A stretch of DNA of 28,234 nucleotides from a virus. Taxonomy: Duplodnaviria > Caudoviricetes. Below are positions 16,977 through 26,287 of this stretch, one piece after another. Made by a program: the position numbers and the translations under genes. The notes below the pieces were generated by a model, which saw only the letters and a program-made list of their open reading frames with translations, made no database searches and was not told where the DNA came from. The stretch spans positions 1-28,234 of the IMG/VR virus record IMGVR_UViG_3300020044_006063; one strand, 5' to 3'. Position 1 is the first letter of the stretch, and each line of letters begins with the position of its first letter.

Positions 16977-16980
16977 AAAA

Positions 16981-19900
16981 ATGGCTGAAAAAGTAATAGG
17001 TTTAAGAATACAACTTAATGGACTGAATACAGTAATCACTGATATTAAGACATTAGAAGAAGAAATAAGAAAAGCAAAAGAGGACTTAAAAGAGGTTGAA
17101 ATTGGGGGTCCAATATTCAATCAACTTGCAAAAGAAATTAGTCAGGCTGAAACAAAACTACAAGGATTAAATGAGGCCGCAAGAGGTATCACCAAAGAAA
17201 AATCACTTGAGGGTTTTGGTAAATTGGGTGCTGGTATTTCATCATCATTTGCTGCCGCAACCGCTGCGGTTTCTTTGTTTGGTAAAGAGAGTAAAGCAGT
17301 TCAAGAAGCCGCAACACAAGCCCAAAACTTATTAACAATCGCATTATCTGTTAGGGGTATTGCGGAAATAAAAGTTGGGGCTGATATTGTTGCCAGAACC
17401 ATCGCTGAAAAAGCCTCAACAGCCGCAACAAACGCTACTACAGTTGCCACAAGAACTTTATATACTACCTTGGCTGCCAACCCTTATGGAGCAATCATCG
17501 CAGTTATTGGTGTGTTAATCGCAGCATACCTATCATTGGGTGATACTGAAGAAGAGGTTGCTGTTAAGACAAAGTCATTAAACGAATTAAGGGCTGAATC
17601 AGAAAAATCTATTATTGCTGAAACCAACCAATTAAAAACATTACAAGCAATTTTAGATGATGGTAATGTTAGTTTGGATGTTAAAAAAGGTGCCTATGCT
17701 GAACTACAAAAACTTGTTCCAACATTAACAAATTTAACTTATGAACAAGCCCAAGCACAAGGGGTATTAAATGGTTATATTCAAGATGAAATCAAGTTAA
17801 TTGACTTAAGAGCCAAACAAAAGGCTTATGAAAGTTTCTTTGTTCAAGAGGAAACCAAACAGATTGAGAAAAACAGAAAAGAAAGAGAAGCGTTCATTAA
17901 GACACTTAATGTTGAAATAAATCAGGAAAGATTAAGATTACTACAGGCTGGTGTTAGTCGTGATGAGGTTGAAAGAGTTATTGAAGGTATTACACAAAGA
18001 AGACTGGCTGAAAGAGGATTTACGGATGAAAGAGAAACTTATAGAAGCATCACTGAAGAAATCTTAAAACTTGAGAACAAACAAACCACCATCACAACAA
18101 CTCAAAAGAAAGCAACAGATGATTTAACTGAATCTGAAGAAAAGAGAAACAAAGAAAGACAGGCTTATATTGATTTGTTGTTGAAGGAAATACAACTTAC
18201 ATCTGAATTATTGATTGATACATTACCATTAAGAGATTTGGATAATAAGTTGATAGAATCAACCCAAAAGAAAGTAGACCAAGCACAGGCATATTCTGAT
18301 GAGTTAAACAAATTGATTACATTTACCAAACTTTACGAAAAGGTTACTGGTGATTTATTACCAGTTCAAGACAAATTGGGTTCAGTATTCAATGAGGTAA
18401 AAATGATGGGGGAAAACTTTATTGATTCATTGGATTTGACTGTCTATAGTACTGATAGAGCAAAAGAGGCAATTCAAGATTTTGATGATGCCATCTTAAG
18501 ATTGGGTAAAGACTTAAACGAACAAGACAAACAATTATTGTTAGATTTTTCTAACAACTACAAAGAGATATTCAACACAGTACAATTACTACAAAAGTTC
18601 AAGGGTGGAGCATTACCATTTAAGGTTGATGATTTCCAAAAAGTTGTAACTGATGTAAACTTGGCTTTGGGTAAATTGACTATTGACCCATACAAAAGAA
18701 GTGCTGAGGAAATCACTGCTGCTAAGGTTACAGCAAAAGAAAGATATGAAATATTAAAACAACAATTTATTGCTGAATATACACTTTATCTACAAGACCA
18801 AGAAAGAAGAAAAGGTCTTACAGAACAAGAAATTAAAGATAGGGAAAAAACAACCAAAGATATTGCTGCGGCAACATTTGAGGAGTTTGCAGGACTTGGT
18901 AATGAGTTATTAAAGTTTGAGGAAGGGGTTGTTAAGACAACTCAAAAAATAGTTGAACTTAATAAGAAATTACAAGAACTGGCACCATCAGCAAGAGCTG
19001 GTTTCTTGGTACAAAATGCTGAGGAAATTGCCACTCAATTTGGGGCAACTATTCCACTTGTATTAAAAAATGAAAAAGAACTGGCAAGATTACAAAAAGA
19101 AATTGCTGAAAAAACATTTGATGAAAAGAAAAAATATGCTGAAGCGATTAACATACTTCAAGCAGATTTATTGGCTCAGGGTGTTGATATTGAATCACTA
19201 ACTTATGAACAAAAATTAATATTACTTGAAAAGTTCTTGGGTAAAGCAATTACCAAACAGAAAAACGCTCAAGAAGAAAGTCAAAAGATATCCAAAAAGA
19301 CGATTGATGCCATTACAAGTGGATTACAACAATTCAGTCAGTTAGTAGGACAAACAGCATCGTTGGTGGCTCAATCATACGCATTTCAATTAAAGAAACT
19401 TGAAGATTCAAGTAAAAATGCATTGGAACAAGTTGTTGGTGATACAGAACAAGCAAATCAAAAGAGATTAGAACTTGAGAAACAATATCAACTACAAAAG
19501 GCTGAACTTGAAAAAAGAGCATTGATTAAGTCATTACAATTTCAATTAGTTCAGGCTATTGCTGATACAGCACAGGCTGTTGTGTCTAACTTGGAAATAC
19601 CCCCATTAGCAATTGCAATAGGTATTTTAGGAGCTGCACAGATTGCATTGATAGGACAACAATTATCATACGCTCAATCACTTGCATCAGGTGGTAGAAT
19701 TAAAATGGGTGCTGGTGGTATGGTGGTAGGTCCATCACATGAAATGGGTGGTGTATCTTATGCTGGTGGAGTTAACTTGGAAGGTGGTGAATCTGTTATC
19801 AACAGAAATAGTTCATTGAACTACGCATCATTATTATCAAGAATAAATCAATCAGGTGGAGGACAACCAATCGTAAATAACGCATCTAACTCATTGATGG

Positions 19901-20025
19901 AGGAAAGATTAGTTCAAGCAATCGCCAAGGCTAATCAAGAACCTATTAGAGCATATGTGTTAAATTCAGAAATAACAAGTGGACAAGCAATTAACCGCAG
20001 ACTTAATGAACTTGCCACCTTATAA
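16981..20025 (+). CDS. Tail tape measure protein
   Basis: 1014 aa, coiled-coil/Ala-rich, ANPYGAIIAVI hydrophobic segment, C-terminal GG.V.GPSHE.GGV..EGGE.VIN. Confidence 0.9.
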   Translation: MAEKVIGLRIQLNGLNTVITDIKTLEEEIRKAKEDLKEVEIGGPIFNQLAKEISQAETKLQGLNEAARGITKEKSLEGFGKLGAGISSSFAAATAAVSLFGKESKAVQEAATQAQNLLTIALSVRGIAEIKVGADIVARTIAEKASTAATNATTVATRTLYTTLAANPYGAIIAVIGVLIAAYLSLGDTEEEVAVKTKSLNELRAESEKSIIAETNQLKTLQAILDDGNVSLDVKKGAYAELQKLVPTLTNLTYEQAQAQGVLNGYIQDEIKLIDLRAKQKAYESFFVQEETKQIEKNRKEREAFIKTLNVEINQERLRLLQAGVSRDEVERVIEGITQRRLAERGFTDERETYRSITEEILKLENKQTTITTTQKKATDDLTESEEKRNKERQAYIDLLLKEIQLTSELLIDTLPLRDLDNKLIESTQKKVDQAQAYSDELNKLITFTKLYEKVTGDLLPVQDKLGSVFNEVKMMGENFIDSLDLTVYSTDRAKEAIQDFDDAILRLGKDLNEQDKQLLLDFSNNYKEIFNTVQLLQKFKGGALPFKVDDFQKVVTDVNLALGKLTIDPYKRSAEEITAAKVTAKERYEILKQQFIAEYTLYLQDQERRKGLTEQEIKDREKTTKDIAAATFEEFAGLGNELLKFEEGVVKTTQKIVELNKKLQELAPSARAGFLVQNAEEIATQFGATIPLVLKNEKELARLQKEIAEKTFDEKKKYAEAINILQADLLAQGVDIESLTYEQKLILLEKFLGKAITKQKNAQEESQKISKKTIDAITSGLQQFSQLVGQTASLVAQSYAFQLKKLEDSSKNALEQVVGDTEQANQKRLELEKQYQLQKAELEKRALIKSLQFQLVQAIADTAQAVVSNLEIPPLAIAIGILGAAQIALIGQQLSYAQSLASGGRIKMGAGGMVVGPSHEMGGVSYAGGVNLEGGESVINRNSSLNYASLLSRINQSGGGQPIVNNASNSLMEERLVQAIAKANQEPIRAYVLNSEITSGQAINRRLNELATL

Positions 20026-20045
20026 TTAAAAACTATTTATATAAA

Positions 20046-22682
20046 ATGATTAAGATAATAGACCTTGATATAGAAGGAACAATCACAGGAGATACAAAGG
20101 TTACTGAAATTGCATTGGTAGAGATGCCAGCAATTGAACAGAACTTTATTTATTTCACCAAAGAACAATTTGTTGATACCATAAAGGACTATCCACAATA
20201 CATCACTGATAACGCAAAAGAAGCAAAGGCTTGGGTTGATGAAAATGGATATGGTAGTTGTATGACCCCCGTTGGTAAAGCAAGATTAAACCAACTTGCC
20301 AAGGGTGAACCTATTTCATTGGAAACGATAAAGCGTATGAAGGCATACGCAGATAGACACAAGAAGGACTTAGAAGTATCAAAATCATTTGACGATGGTT
20401 GTGGTATGTTAGCATGGTATTCTTGGGGATTAGATGAAACTGGTAGAGTTGAGAAATGGTTGGAAAGTAAAATTAACACCCTTGAAGAAAAGATGGCAGA
20501 GATTGGTGAAAGAGGTGGGGTTAAAGAAAGTCCAAAAGCACCAAAGTCAGACACACCAAATAAGAACCCAAAAGGTGAAGGTAGTGCCAAAGGTGATGCA
20601 TCAACAACAAGGGGTGCTGAGGTATCTAAAAGAGTTGAGGAAACATTACAAAACAAGAGTGATGATTTCAACGAAAGATACAAAGACAAACTTGGTTATG
20701 GTGTAAATCTTGGTATGTTAAAATCAGTTTATCAAAGAGGTGTTGGAGCATACAATGTTTCACACTCACCTGAGGTAAAGTCAGCAGAACAATGGGCACT
20801 TGCTCGTGTAAATGCGTTCTTATACTTGGTTAAAAATGGTAGACCTGAAAATCCAAAGTATGATAGTGATTATGACTTATTACCAACAAAACATCCAAAG
20901 AAACAGGAGAACATGGAGTATGAGCCAGGAACATTACCTGATTATGTAAATTACCCAACTGGTGATACAAAAAATGATATGTTGATTGAACAGGTATTAT
21001 TTGTTAATCCAAATCCTGGTGAATCAAGAAAAGAGTATATCAACAGATGTACCGAATATCTTATCAAGAACGAAGGTAAAAGAGCAGACCAAGCATACGC
21101 AATCTGTAATTCACAAGCCAGTGAAGAGTTCGCAATAGGACAAATTGTCAGTTTTGATTATGATGATACATTGAATACACCAAGAGGTAGGGGACTTGCA
21201 TTACACGAAATACAATCAGGTAGTGATGTGTATATCATTTCAGCAAGAGCAGATAAAAGAAGGATGTTAGGACTTGCTGATGAACTTGGAATACCCCATA
21301 GTAAAGTGTTTGCAACTGGTTCAAACAGAGCCAAAATACAAAAGATTAAAGACCTTAAGGTTGTTAAACATTACGATAATAATGAAGATGTAATTGATGC
21401 TTTAGGTAGAATTGGGGTACAATTTATGTGTCCTTGTTTAGATGAATTCGTTGTTGAATTGGAACCATTGGTTGTTACAACTTATGAACCTGAGAATGCA
21501 ATATTCAACAGGAAACAAGGTTTTACAATGATTGGGTTTTTAGATGGAGAGCCAGTCTTTACCTCACCTGAAGAAGCAGAACTTTATGGACAAGAACAAC
21601 ATGGTTGTACAGGACACCATAGTCATACCGATGAAGATGGAAATGTTGTGTATATGGGTTGTACTGTTCACCCAAAAGAGGACTTTAACTTTAGTGTTGA
21701 AGAATATAGTGAAGAAGAACAAGAGGTTGTTAAATTGTTGAAATTCTTAAAGGAAACTGACTACGAACAATTTGAGGCTGTAGTTGGTTCTATGAGAGGG
21801 GCAACAGAAACTGAAATTAAGAAAAGAAACCACAAGAACCCAACAACTTATTTCAAGTATGAAAGAATATTATCAGGAGCACCTGATAGAGATTTCTGTA
21901 CCTCTATTGAGAATAGATATTTCCGTAGATTGGAAATTGACTTATTAAGAGATACAAATACAGAGTTTGGACACGAAAGACAACCATACTCAAAATGGTT
22001 ATACAAAGGGGGTCCAAATTGTGTTCATGCTTGGCACAAGTATTTGGTTCAAGGTGATGTAATATCAGACCAAGGCATGGCTGATGGTAAAGCAGGTATG
22101 GCACCAAAACAAATGCCAAATAATGGTTACTACTCACCAGAAACAAAAAGAAAGAGCGAAGTGGCTTATATCATTTCTCAACAGAATATGTCCAAACAGG
22201 AGTTCTCTATTGATAATGAAAAGAGGATGGTATACTCACCACTTATGATACCGAATATTCTTATACCAAGATTGGATGAAGATACAAATGAGAAATACTT
22301 TGTTAAATTCACCCCATCTGTTATAGAAAAAATACAAAACCTTTATATGATTGAAAAAAGATTAGACCAAACTAACTATGAACACACTGATAAAAAGATT
22401 GAATCTGTTGTGATGGTAGAGAGTTGGTTGGTATCTGGTGAATCAGATAAAGCATATCAATTGGGTTTCAGTAGGGAAGACATCCCTGATGGGACTTGGA
22501 TGGGTGGATTTAAGGTATTAGATACACCTGAAGGAGATAACATTTGGAACAACTATATAAAGACTGGAAAGGTAAAAGGATTCAGCGTTGAGGGTAATTT
22601 CTTAATGAACTTTTCGCGCCAAAAAACTGACGAGTATTTATTAGATGAAATCATAAACATAATTAAACAAATAACAGATTAA
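20046..22682 (+). CDS. Multidomain prohead serine protease (XkdF/S78-like core) with inserted HAD-like, MuF-like and other modules
   Basis: N-terminal IALVEMPAIE.NF; C-terminal EKRMV.SPLMIPN, NYEH, VESWLV, GTWM, KTGKVKGFSVEG; upstream of scaffold and capsid. Confidence 0.8.
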   Translation: MIKIIDLDIEGTITGDTKVTEIALVEMPAIEQNFIYFTKEQFVDTIKDYPQYITDNAKEAKAWVDENGYGSCMTPVGKARLNQLAKGEPISLETIKRMKAYADRHKKDLEVSKSFDDGCGMLAWYSWGLDETGRVEKWLESKINTLEEKMAEIGERGGVKESPKAPKSDTPNKNPKGEGSAKGDASTTRGAEVSKRVEETLQNKSDDFNERYKDKLGYGVNLGMLKSVYQRGVGAYNVSHSPEVKSAEQWALARVNAFLYLVKNGRPENPKYDSDYDLLPTKHPKKQENMEYEPGTLPDYVNYPTGDTKNDMLIEQVLFVNPNPGESRKEYINRCTEYLIKNEGKRADQAYAICNSQASEEFAIGQIVSFDYDDTLNTPRGRGLALHEIQSGSDVYIISARADKRRMLGLADELGIPHSKVFATGSNRAKIQKIKDLKVVKHYDNNEDVIDALGRIGVQFMCPCLDEFVVELEPLVVTTYEPENAIFNRKQGFTMIGFLDGEPVFTSPEEAELYGQEQHGCTGHHSHTDEDGNVVYMGCTVHPKEDFNFSVEEYSEEEQEVVKLLKFLKETDYEQFEAVVGSMRGATETEIKKRNHKNPTTYFKYERILSGAPDRDFCTSIENRYFRRLEIDLLRDTNTEFGHERQPYSKWLYKGGPNCVHAWHKYLVQGDVISDQGMADGKAGMAPKQMPNNGYYSPETKRKSEVAYIISQQNMSKQEFSIDNEKRMVYSPLMIPNILIPRLDEDTNEKYFVKFTPSVIEKIQNLYMIEKRLDQTNYEHTDKKIESVVMVESWLVSGESDKAYQLGFSREDIPDGTWMGGFKVLDTPEGDNIWNNYIKTGKVKGFSVEGNFLMNFSRQKTDEYLLDEIINIIKQITD

Positions 22683-22690
22683 AAACTATT

Positions 22691-23467
22691 ATGGATGCAA
22701 CAACAGCAATCAATAATATCCGTAAAATGTTAGGATTACAATTTAAGAAAGAGACCTTCAAGTCAACTTTTCTTGTTGATGGTAGTACTGAGGTAACCAA
22801 CAACATGGAAGAAGATTTCCAAGTAGGTCAAACTCTTTATGTAGTTAAAGAATCCACACTTGCACCAGCACCTGAAGGTAGTCATACTACAAGAGATGGT
22901 TTGGTTATTTCAGTTGATACTGAATCTACCATCATCGCTATTGTATCAGAAGACAAATCTACAGATGCAGAGGTTGAACAAGAAGGTAGTGAAGAAATGG
23001 CTTACACTGAAGCAAAAGATGCTCAAGGACAAATCCTTGAAAGTAAAACTTTTGATGTTGGTGAAGATGTATTTTTAGTTCACGAAGATGGTAGTAAAAC
23101 ACCAGCACCTGACGGGGAACACCAAGTGGTATTGAAAGATACAAGTGGAAACGAGAATAAGATTAGAATTCAAGTATTAGATGGTAAAATCACTCAGCGT
23201 GAAAATGTTGAAGAAATGATGAAACCTGAAATGATGAATGCTGACTTTTCTAAAGACATTGAAGATATTAAATTATCATTAAACAACCTCCTTGAACTGG
23301 TTGGTTCTATGAACGGAAAGTTTAAGACAGAGTTAAACTCATTAAAAACCGATTTTGATTCGTTTAAGAAATTACCAGAAAGAAAAGGTGTAGAGGAAAA
23401 AAAAACCTACACTGAATCATTTGCAGATTACAGATTAAACTTAATTAAAAATCAAATTAAAAAATAA
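22691..23467 (+). CDS. Capsid scaffolding-like protein with two internal repeats
   Basis: Two F.VG..(L/V)..V......PAP.G.H units, acidic linkers, C-terminal coiled coil; between protease and capsid. Confidence 0.65.
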   Translation: MDATTAINNIRKMLGLQFKKETFKSTFLVDGSTEVTNNMEEDFQVGQTLYVVKESTLAPAPEGSHTTRDGLVISVDTESTIIAIVSEDKSTDAEVEQEGSEEMAYTEAKDAQGQILESKTFDVGEDVFLVHEDGSKTPAPDGEHQVVLKDTSGNENKIRIQVLDGKITQRENVEEMMKPEMMNADFSKDIEDIKLSLNNLLELVGSMNGKFKTELNSLKTDFDSFKKLPERKGVEEKKTYTESFADYRLNLIKNQIKK

Positions 23468-23476
23468 AATAAAACA

Positions 23477-24424
23477 ATGGAAAACAATAAGAAAAAATTA
23501 TCATTTGCTTATGACTTGTCTGCATTACCAACTTACAACAGTTATGGTTCAGATATGTTGATTAAGGCAATCTTGGGTTTGACCTTACCAAAGTATGCTT
23601 CTATCAGAGCGAACTTGAAAGGTACTACTGAAAAAGTAGGATTTGTAACAAACGATATTTATTTACAAGATTTGAGTTGTGGATTTGACCCAAGTGGTAC
23701 AACTACACAATCTTTAGTTACTGTAGATTTATGTAATAAAAAGCTAAACCAGACTCTTTGTCCATACAGTCTTTACGACACTTACTTGAGTCAATCATTA
23801 TCAAATGCTAACTTCCAAGAGACAGTTCCATTTGAGGAAGTAATCTTAACAGATATTTCTAACAGAATTGCTAACCAAGTTGAAAAGCAGTTGTGGCAGA
23901 ACACTACTACTACTGGTGGAACTTATGGTTCAGCTTGTTTCGCAGGTGTTGGTCAGTTGATTACATCAGGTAATGGTGCTACTCAAATCGCTTACTCTGC
24001 TGCTACTCCTTCTAATGGTTTAGATGTATTCACAACTATCTACCAAAACATCCCATCAAATGTATTACACATGGATGACTTGGTGATTTTCTGTTCTTAC
24101 TCTAACTACAGAGGTTTGGTTGCTTCTATGAGAAACAACTCATTTGTAAACTTGTTTACAATGGACACTGCAGGTTCTACCAGCGGTGAAGATTGGGCAT
24201 TGATGTTACCTGGTTCAAATGTGAAAGTTATCCCAACTGTAGGTTTGGATGGTGTTTCTGCATACTACGCAGGTCCTGCTTCTTACTACATGGTTGGTAT
24301 GAACGCTGAAATGCAAACAATCAAAGCAATTTATGACCCATTTGAGGATATCGTTAAGATTAACGCTCACGTTACTTACGGACTTGGTATCTTTGATGTA
24401 GCATCTTTCTGCTTGTGTAAATAA
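23477..24424 (+). CDS. Major capsid protein
   Basis: 315 aa after scaffold; SCGF...GTT, LCP..L...Y, IANQVE..LW, F.G..QL motifs; codon use suggests high expression. Confidence 0.8.
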   Translation: MENNKKKLSFAYDLSALPTYNSYGSDMLIKAILGLTLPKYASIRANLKGTTEKVGFVTNDIYLQDLSCGFDPSGTTTQSLVTVDLCNKKLNQTLCPYSLYDTYLSQSLSNANFQETVPFEEVILTDISNRIANQVEKQLWQNTTTTGGTYGSACFAGVGQLITSGNGATQIAYSAATPSNGLDVFTTIYQNIPSNVLHMDDLVIFCSYSNYRGLVASMRNNSFVNLFTMDTAGSTSGEDWALMLPGSNVKVIPTVGLDGVSAYYAGPASYYMVGMNAEMQTIKAIYDPFEDIVKINAHVTYGLGIFDVASFCLCK

Positions 24425-24429
24425 TCTTG

Positions 24430-24478
24430 TGGTTCATATCCTCCAATACAAAGTTAATGATATTGGGGGATATAACCA
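24430..24478 (+). other. Long intergenic stem-loop after capsid stop, without U-tract
   Basis: TGGTT(C)ATATCCTCCAATA pairs with TATTGGGGGATATAACCA around a 12-nt loop. Confidence 0.7.
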
Positions 24479-24515
24479 AATAAAATAAAACAAAAAAACA
24501 ATAAATTAGAAAATT

Positions 24516-25067
24516 ATGGCATCATGTTATATTAGTACTGGTTATACTTTGGATTGCAGAACCTCATCTACAGGTGGTATCAAAACCATGTGGGTATTAG
24601 GTGGTTCAGGTAATACAATCACTGGATACACAGTTACAAACTCACAGGTTACTGCAATCGGTGGAACAGGTACTTGGTTCAAGTTTGAATTACCAAAACA
24701 ATCAGGTTCTTTGAGTGAAACTTTGGGTGTAAACACTACATCTCAATCTGTTACTTTCCAACCTGAAATTGTGGTAAACTTACCGAAACTTAATACTCAA
24801 TTAAGAGATACCTTTGTAGATTTGGTATCACAAAATGAAATCTACGCTTTGATTGAAGATAATAACAACAGATACTGGTTAGTATTCTTAGATAATGGTG
24901 GTTTAGTTACTGCTGGTTCATTGAATACAGGTCAGGCATACACCGACTTGAACGGAGCAACTGCTCTTACAATGACTGGTGGAGAACCAACATCTATCCG
25001 TGAGGTTGATGTTACTACCACTATTTCAGCAGTATTCACTGCGGGTGGATTTACTTTCCAATCATAA
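24516..25067 (+). CDS. Major tail (tube) protein
   Basis: C.I..G..LDC..S.GGIK, FKFELPK, F..E....L.KL, IEDNN..YW, TG.A..DLNG..LT.TG.E motifs. Confidence 0.75.
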   Translation: MASCYISTGYTLDCRTSSTGGIKTMWVLGGSGNTITGYTVTNSQVTAIGGTGTWFKFELPKQSGSLSETLGVNTTSQSVTFQPEIVVNLPKLNTQLRDTFVDLVSQNEIYALIEDNNNRYWLVFLDNGGLVTAGSLNTGQAYTDLNGATALTMTGGEPTSIREVDVTTTISAVFTAGGFTFQS

Positions 25068-25081
25068 AAAAAACACAAGAT

Positions 25082-25115
25082 ACAAGGGGGGAATAAAAAC
25101 TCCCCTTTTGTCTTT
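25082..25115 (+). terminator. Terminator-like hairpin
   Basis: ACAAGGGGGGA..TCCCCTTTTGT stem followed by CTTT; A tract upstream suggests it may work in both directions. Confidence 0.6.
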
Positions 25116-25138
25116 AAGCCTGATATATTTATTATAAT

Positions 25139-26284
25139 ATGCCACCAAATCCGTATAGAAGACAACCCAACATCAATGATATGATGTATCCAAAAGGGTC
25201 AAAACAGCCAAGACAAGTGTGGGCAGCTGTAATGAATGTGTATAAAGCACCTGAAACAACACCACAACCTACACCAAGTCCAACAGGTACAGCAAACCCA
25301 ACACCTACCCCGAGTGTTACAAAAACACAAACGCCAACCCCGAGTGTAACACAGACACAAACGGGAACTCCAAGTATCACACCAAGTCCTACACAGACAG
25401 GTACATCTGCGGTTACACCAACACCTACTCCAACAAAGACATCTTCGGTTACACCAACTCCAACAACAACGACTACACCAACACCAACTGGTACTCCTGC
25501 TCCTGTTGATGCTGATGCAACAACTTACTTAAACGCTGTAATATCAAATGGTGGAACACTTAATTCAACATTATCAGCAGCAACTCAAACATTATTTTAT
25601 AACTTAAAACAAGCATCACTTTATACTAAGTTATATGCTATGTATCCAATTTTAGGTGGTGTTGCAGGTTCACATATGTTGAATGCTAAAAACCCTGTTA
25701 ATACAAATGCAGCATATAGAATAGCGTTTAGTGGAACTGTTACCCATAGTGCAAGTGGTATGACTGGTAATGGAACTACAGGTTGGGGTAATACAAACTT
25801 TAAGGGTACTCAATATGTTAATAATATGAGTATGGGTGTTTATATTAACGCAACAGGTAGTACTACAACAGGTGTTCAGATGGGTTGTGATTCTACAAAT
25901 GGAACCAATAGTTATATTCAGTTAGATAGCTCTGCTAATTTATTCAAGGGTGCTGTCTATAATCGTTCATTAAATACTCCATCTGTTGGATTAACAGGTA
26001 AAACTGGTTTTTACGCTGTTAGTAAAACAGGAACAACAACAAACATCTATAATCAAAATGGTGTTAGTTCAACAGCGACAACAACAAATCCTGACTTTAA
26101 TGCTTCAGTTAATTTAGCGTTAATGGCATACAATAATGGTATTGAGTTTGGTGGTGGAGTACAAAGTTATTCTAATGATAGAATAGCATTTGCTTACATG
26201 AGTAGTGGATTAACCATAACAGAATTAACAACATTAAGGAATATAGTACAAACCTTTGAGACAAGTTGTGGTAGAAATGTATAA
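25139..26284 (+). CDS. Virion accessory/adhesin-like protein: short N-terminal peptide, Pro/Thr linker, beta-rich (lectin-like) domain
   Basis: ~85-aa PT/ST repeat, then DADA..YL..V...GG, LK...LY.KL.AMYP.LGG and beta-rich C-terminus; TATATTTAT 6 nt upstream of ATG. Confidence 0.6.
   Translation: MPPNPYRRQPNINDMMYPKGSKQPRQVWAAVMNVYKAPETTPQPTPSPTGTANPTPTPSVTKTQTPTPSVTQTQTGTPSITPSPTQTGTSAVTPTPTPTKTSSVTPTPTTTTTPTPTGTPAPVDADATTYLNAVISNGGTLNSTLSAATQTLFYNLKQASLYTKLYAMYPILGGVAGSHMLNAKNPVNTNAAYRIAFSGTVTHSASGMTGNGTTGWGNTNFKGTQYVNNMSMGVYINATGSTTTGVQMGCDSTNGTNSYIQLDSSANLFKGAVYNRSLNTPSVGLTGKTGFYAVSKTGTTTNIYNQNGVSSTATTTNPDFNASVNLALMAYNNGIEFGGGVQSYSNDRIAFAYMSSGLTITELTTLRNIVQTFETSCGRNV
25262..25502 (+). repeat. 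Coding low-complexity Pro/Thr repeat
   Basis: ACN-CCN codon repeats; CCCCGAGTGT duplicated. Confidence 0.85.
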
Positions 26285-26287
26285 CCT

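Noticed and set aside
20189-20689. 166-aa minus-strand ORF
   Set aside because: Antisense shadow of the protease gene; Ser/Leu/Phe-rich mirror composition, no start signal
526-25380. Other short alternate-frame or antisense ORFs in the track (e.g. 526, 1464, 7521, 7776, 8892, 8969, 10273, 11426, 11476, 11799, 16842, 19334, 20434, 21544, 21904, 22860, 22959, 24542, 24932, 25132)
   Set aside because: Nested in or overlapping motif-supported genes, with no independent signals
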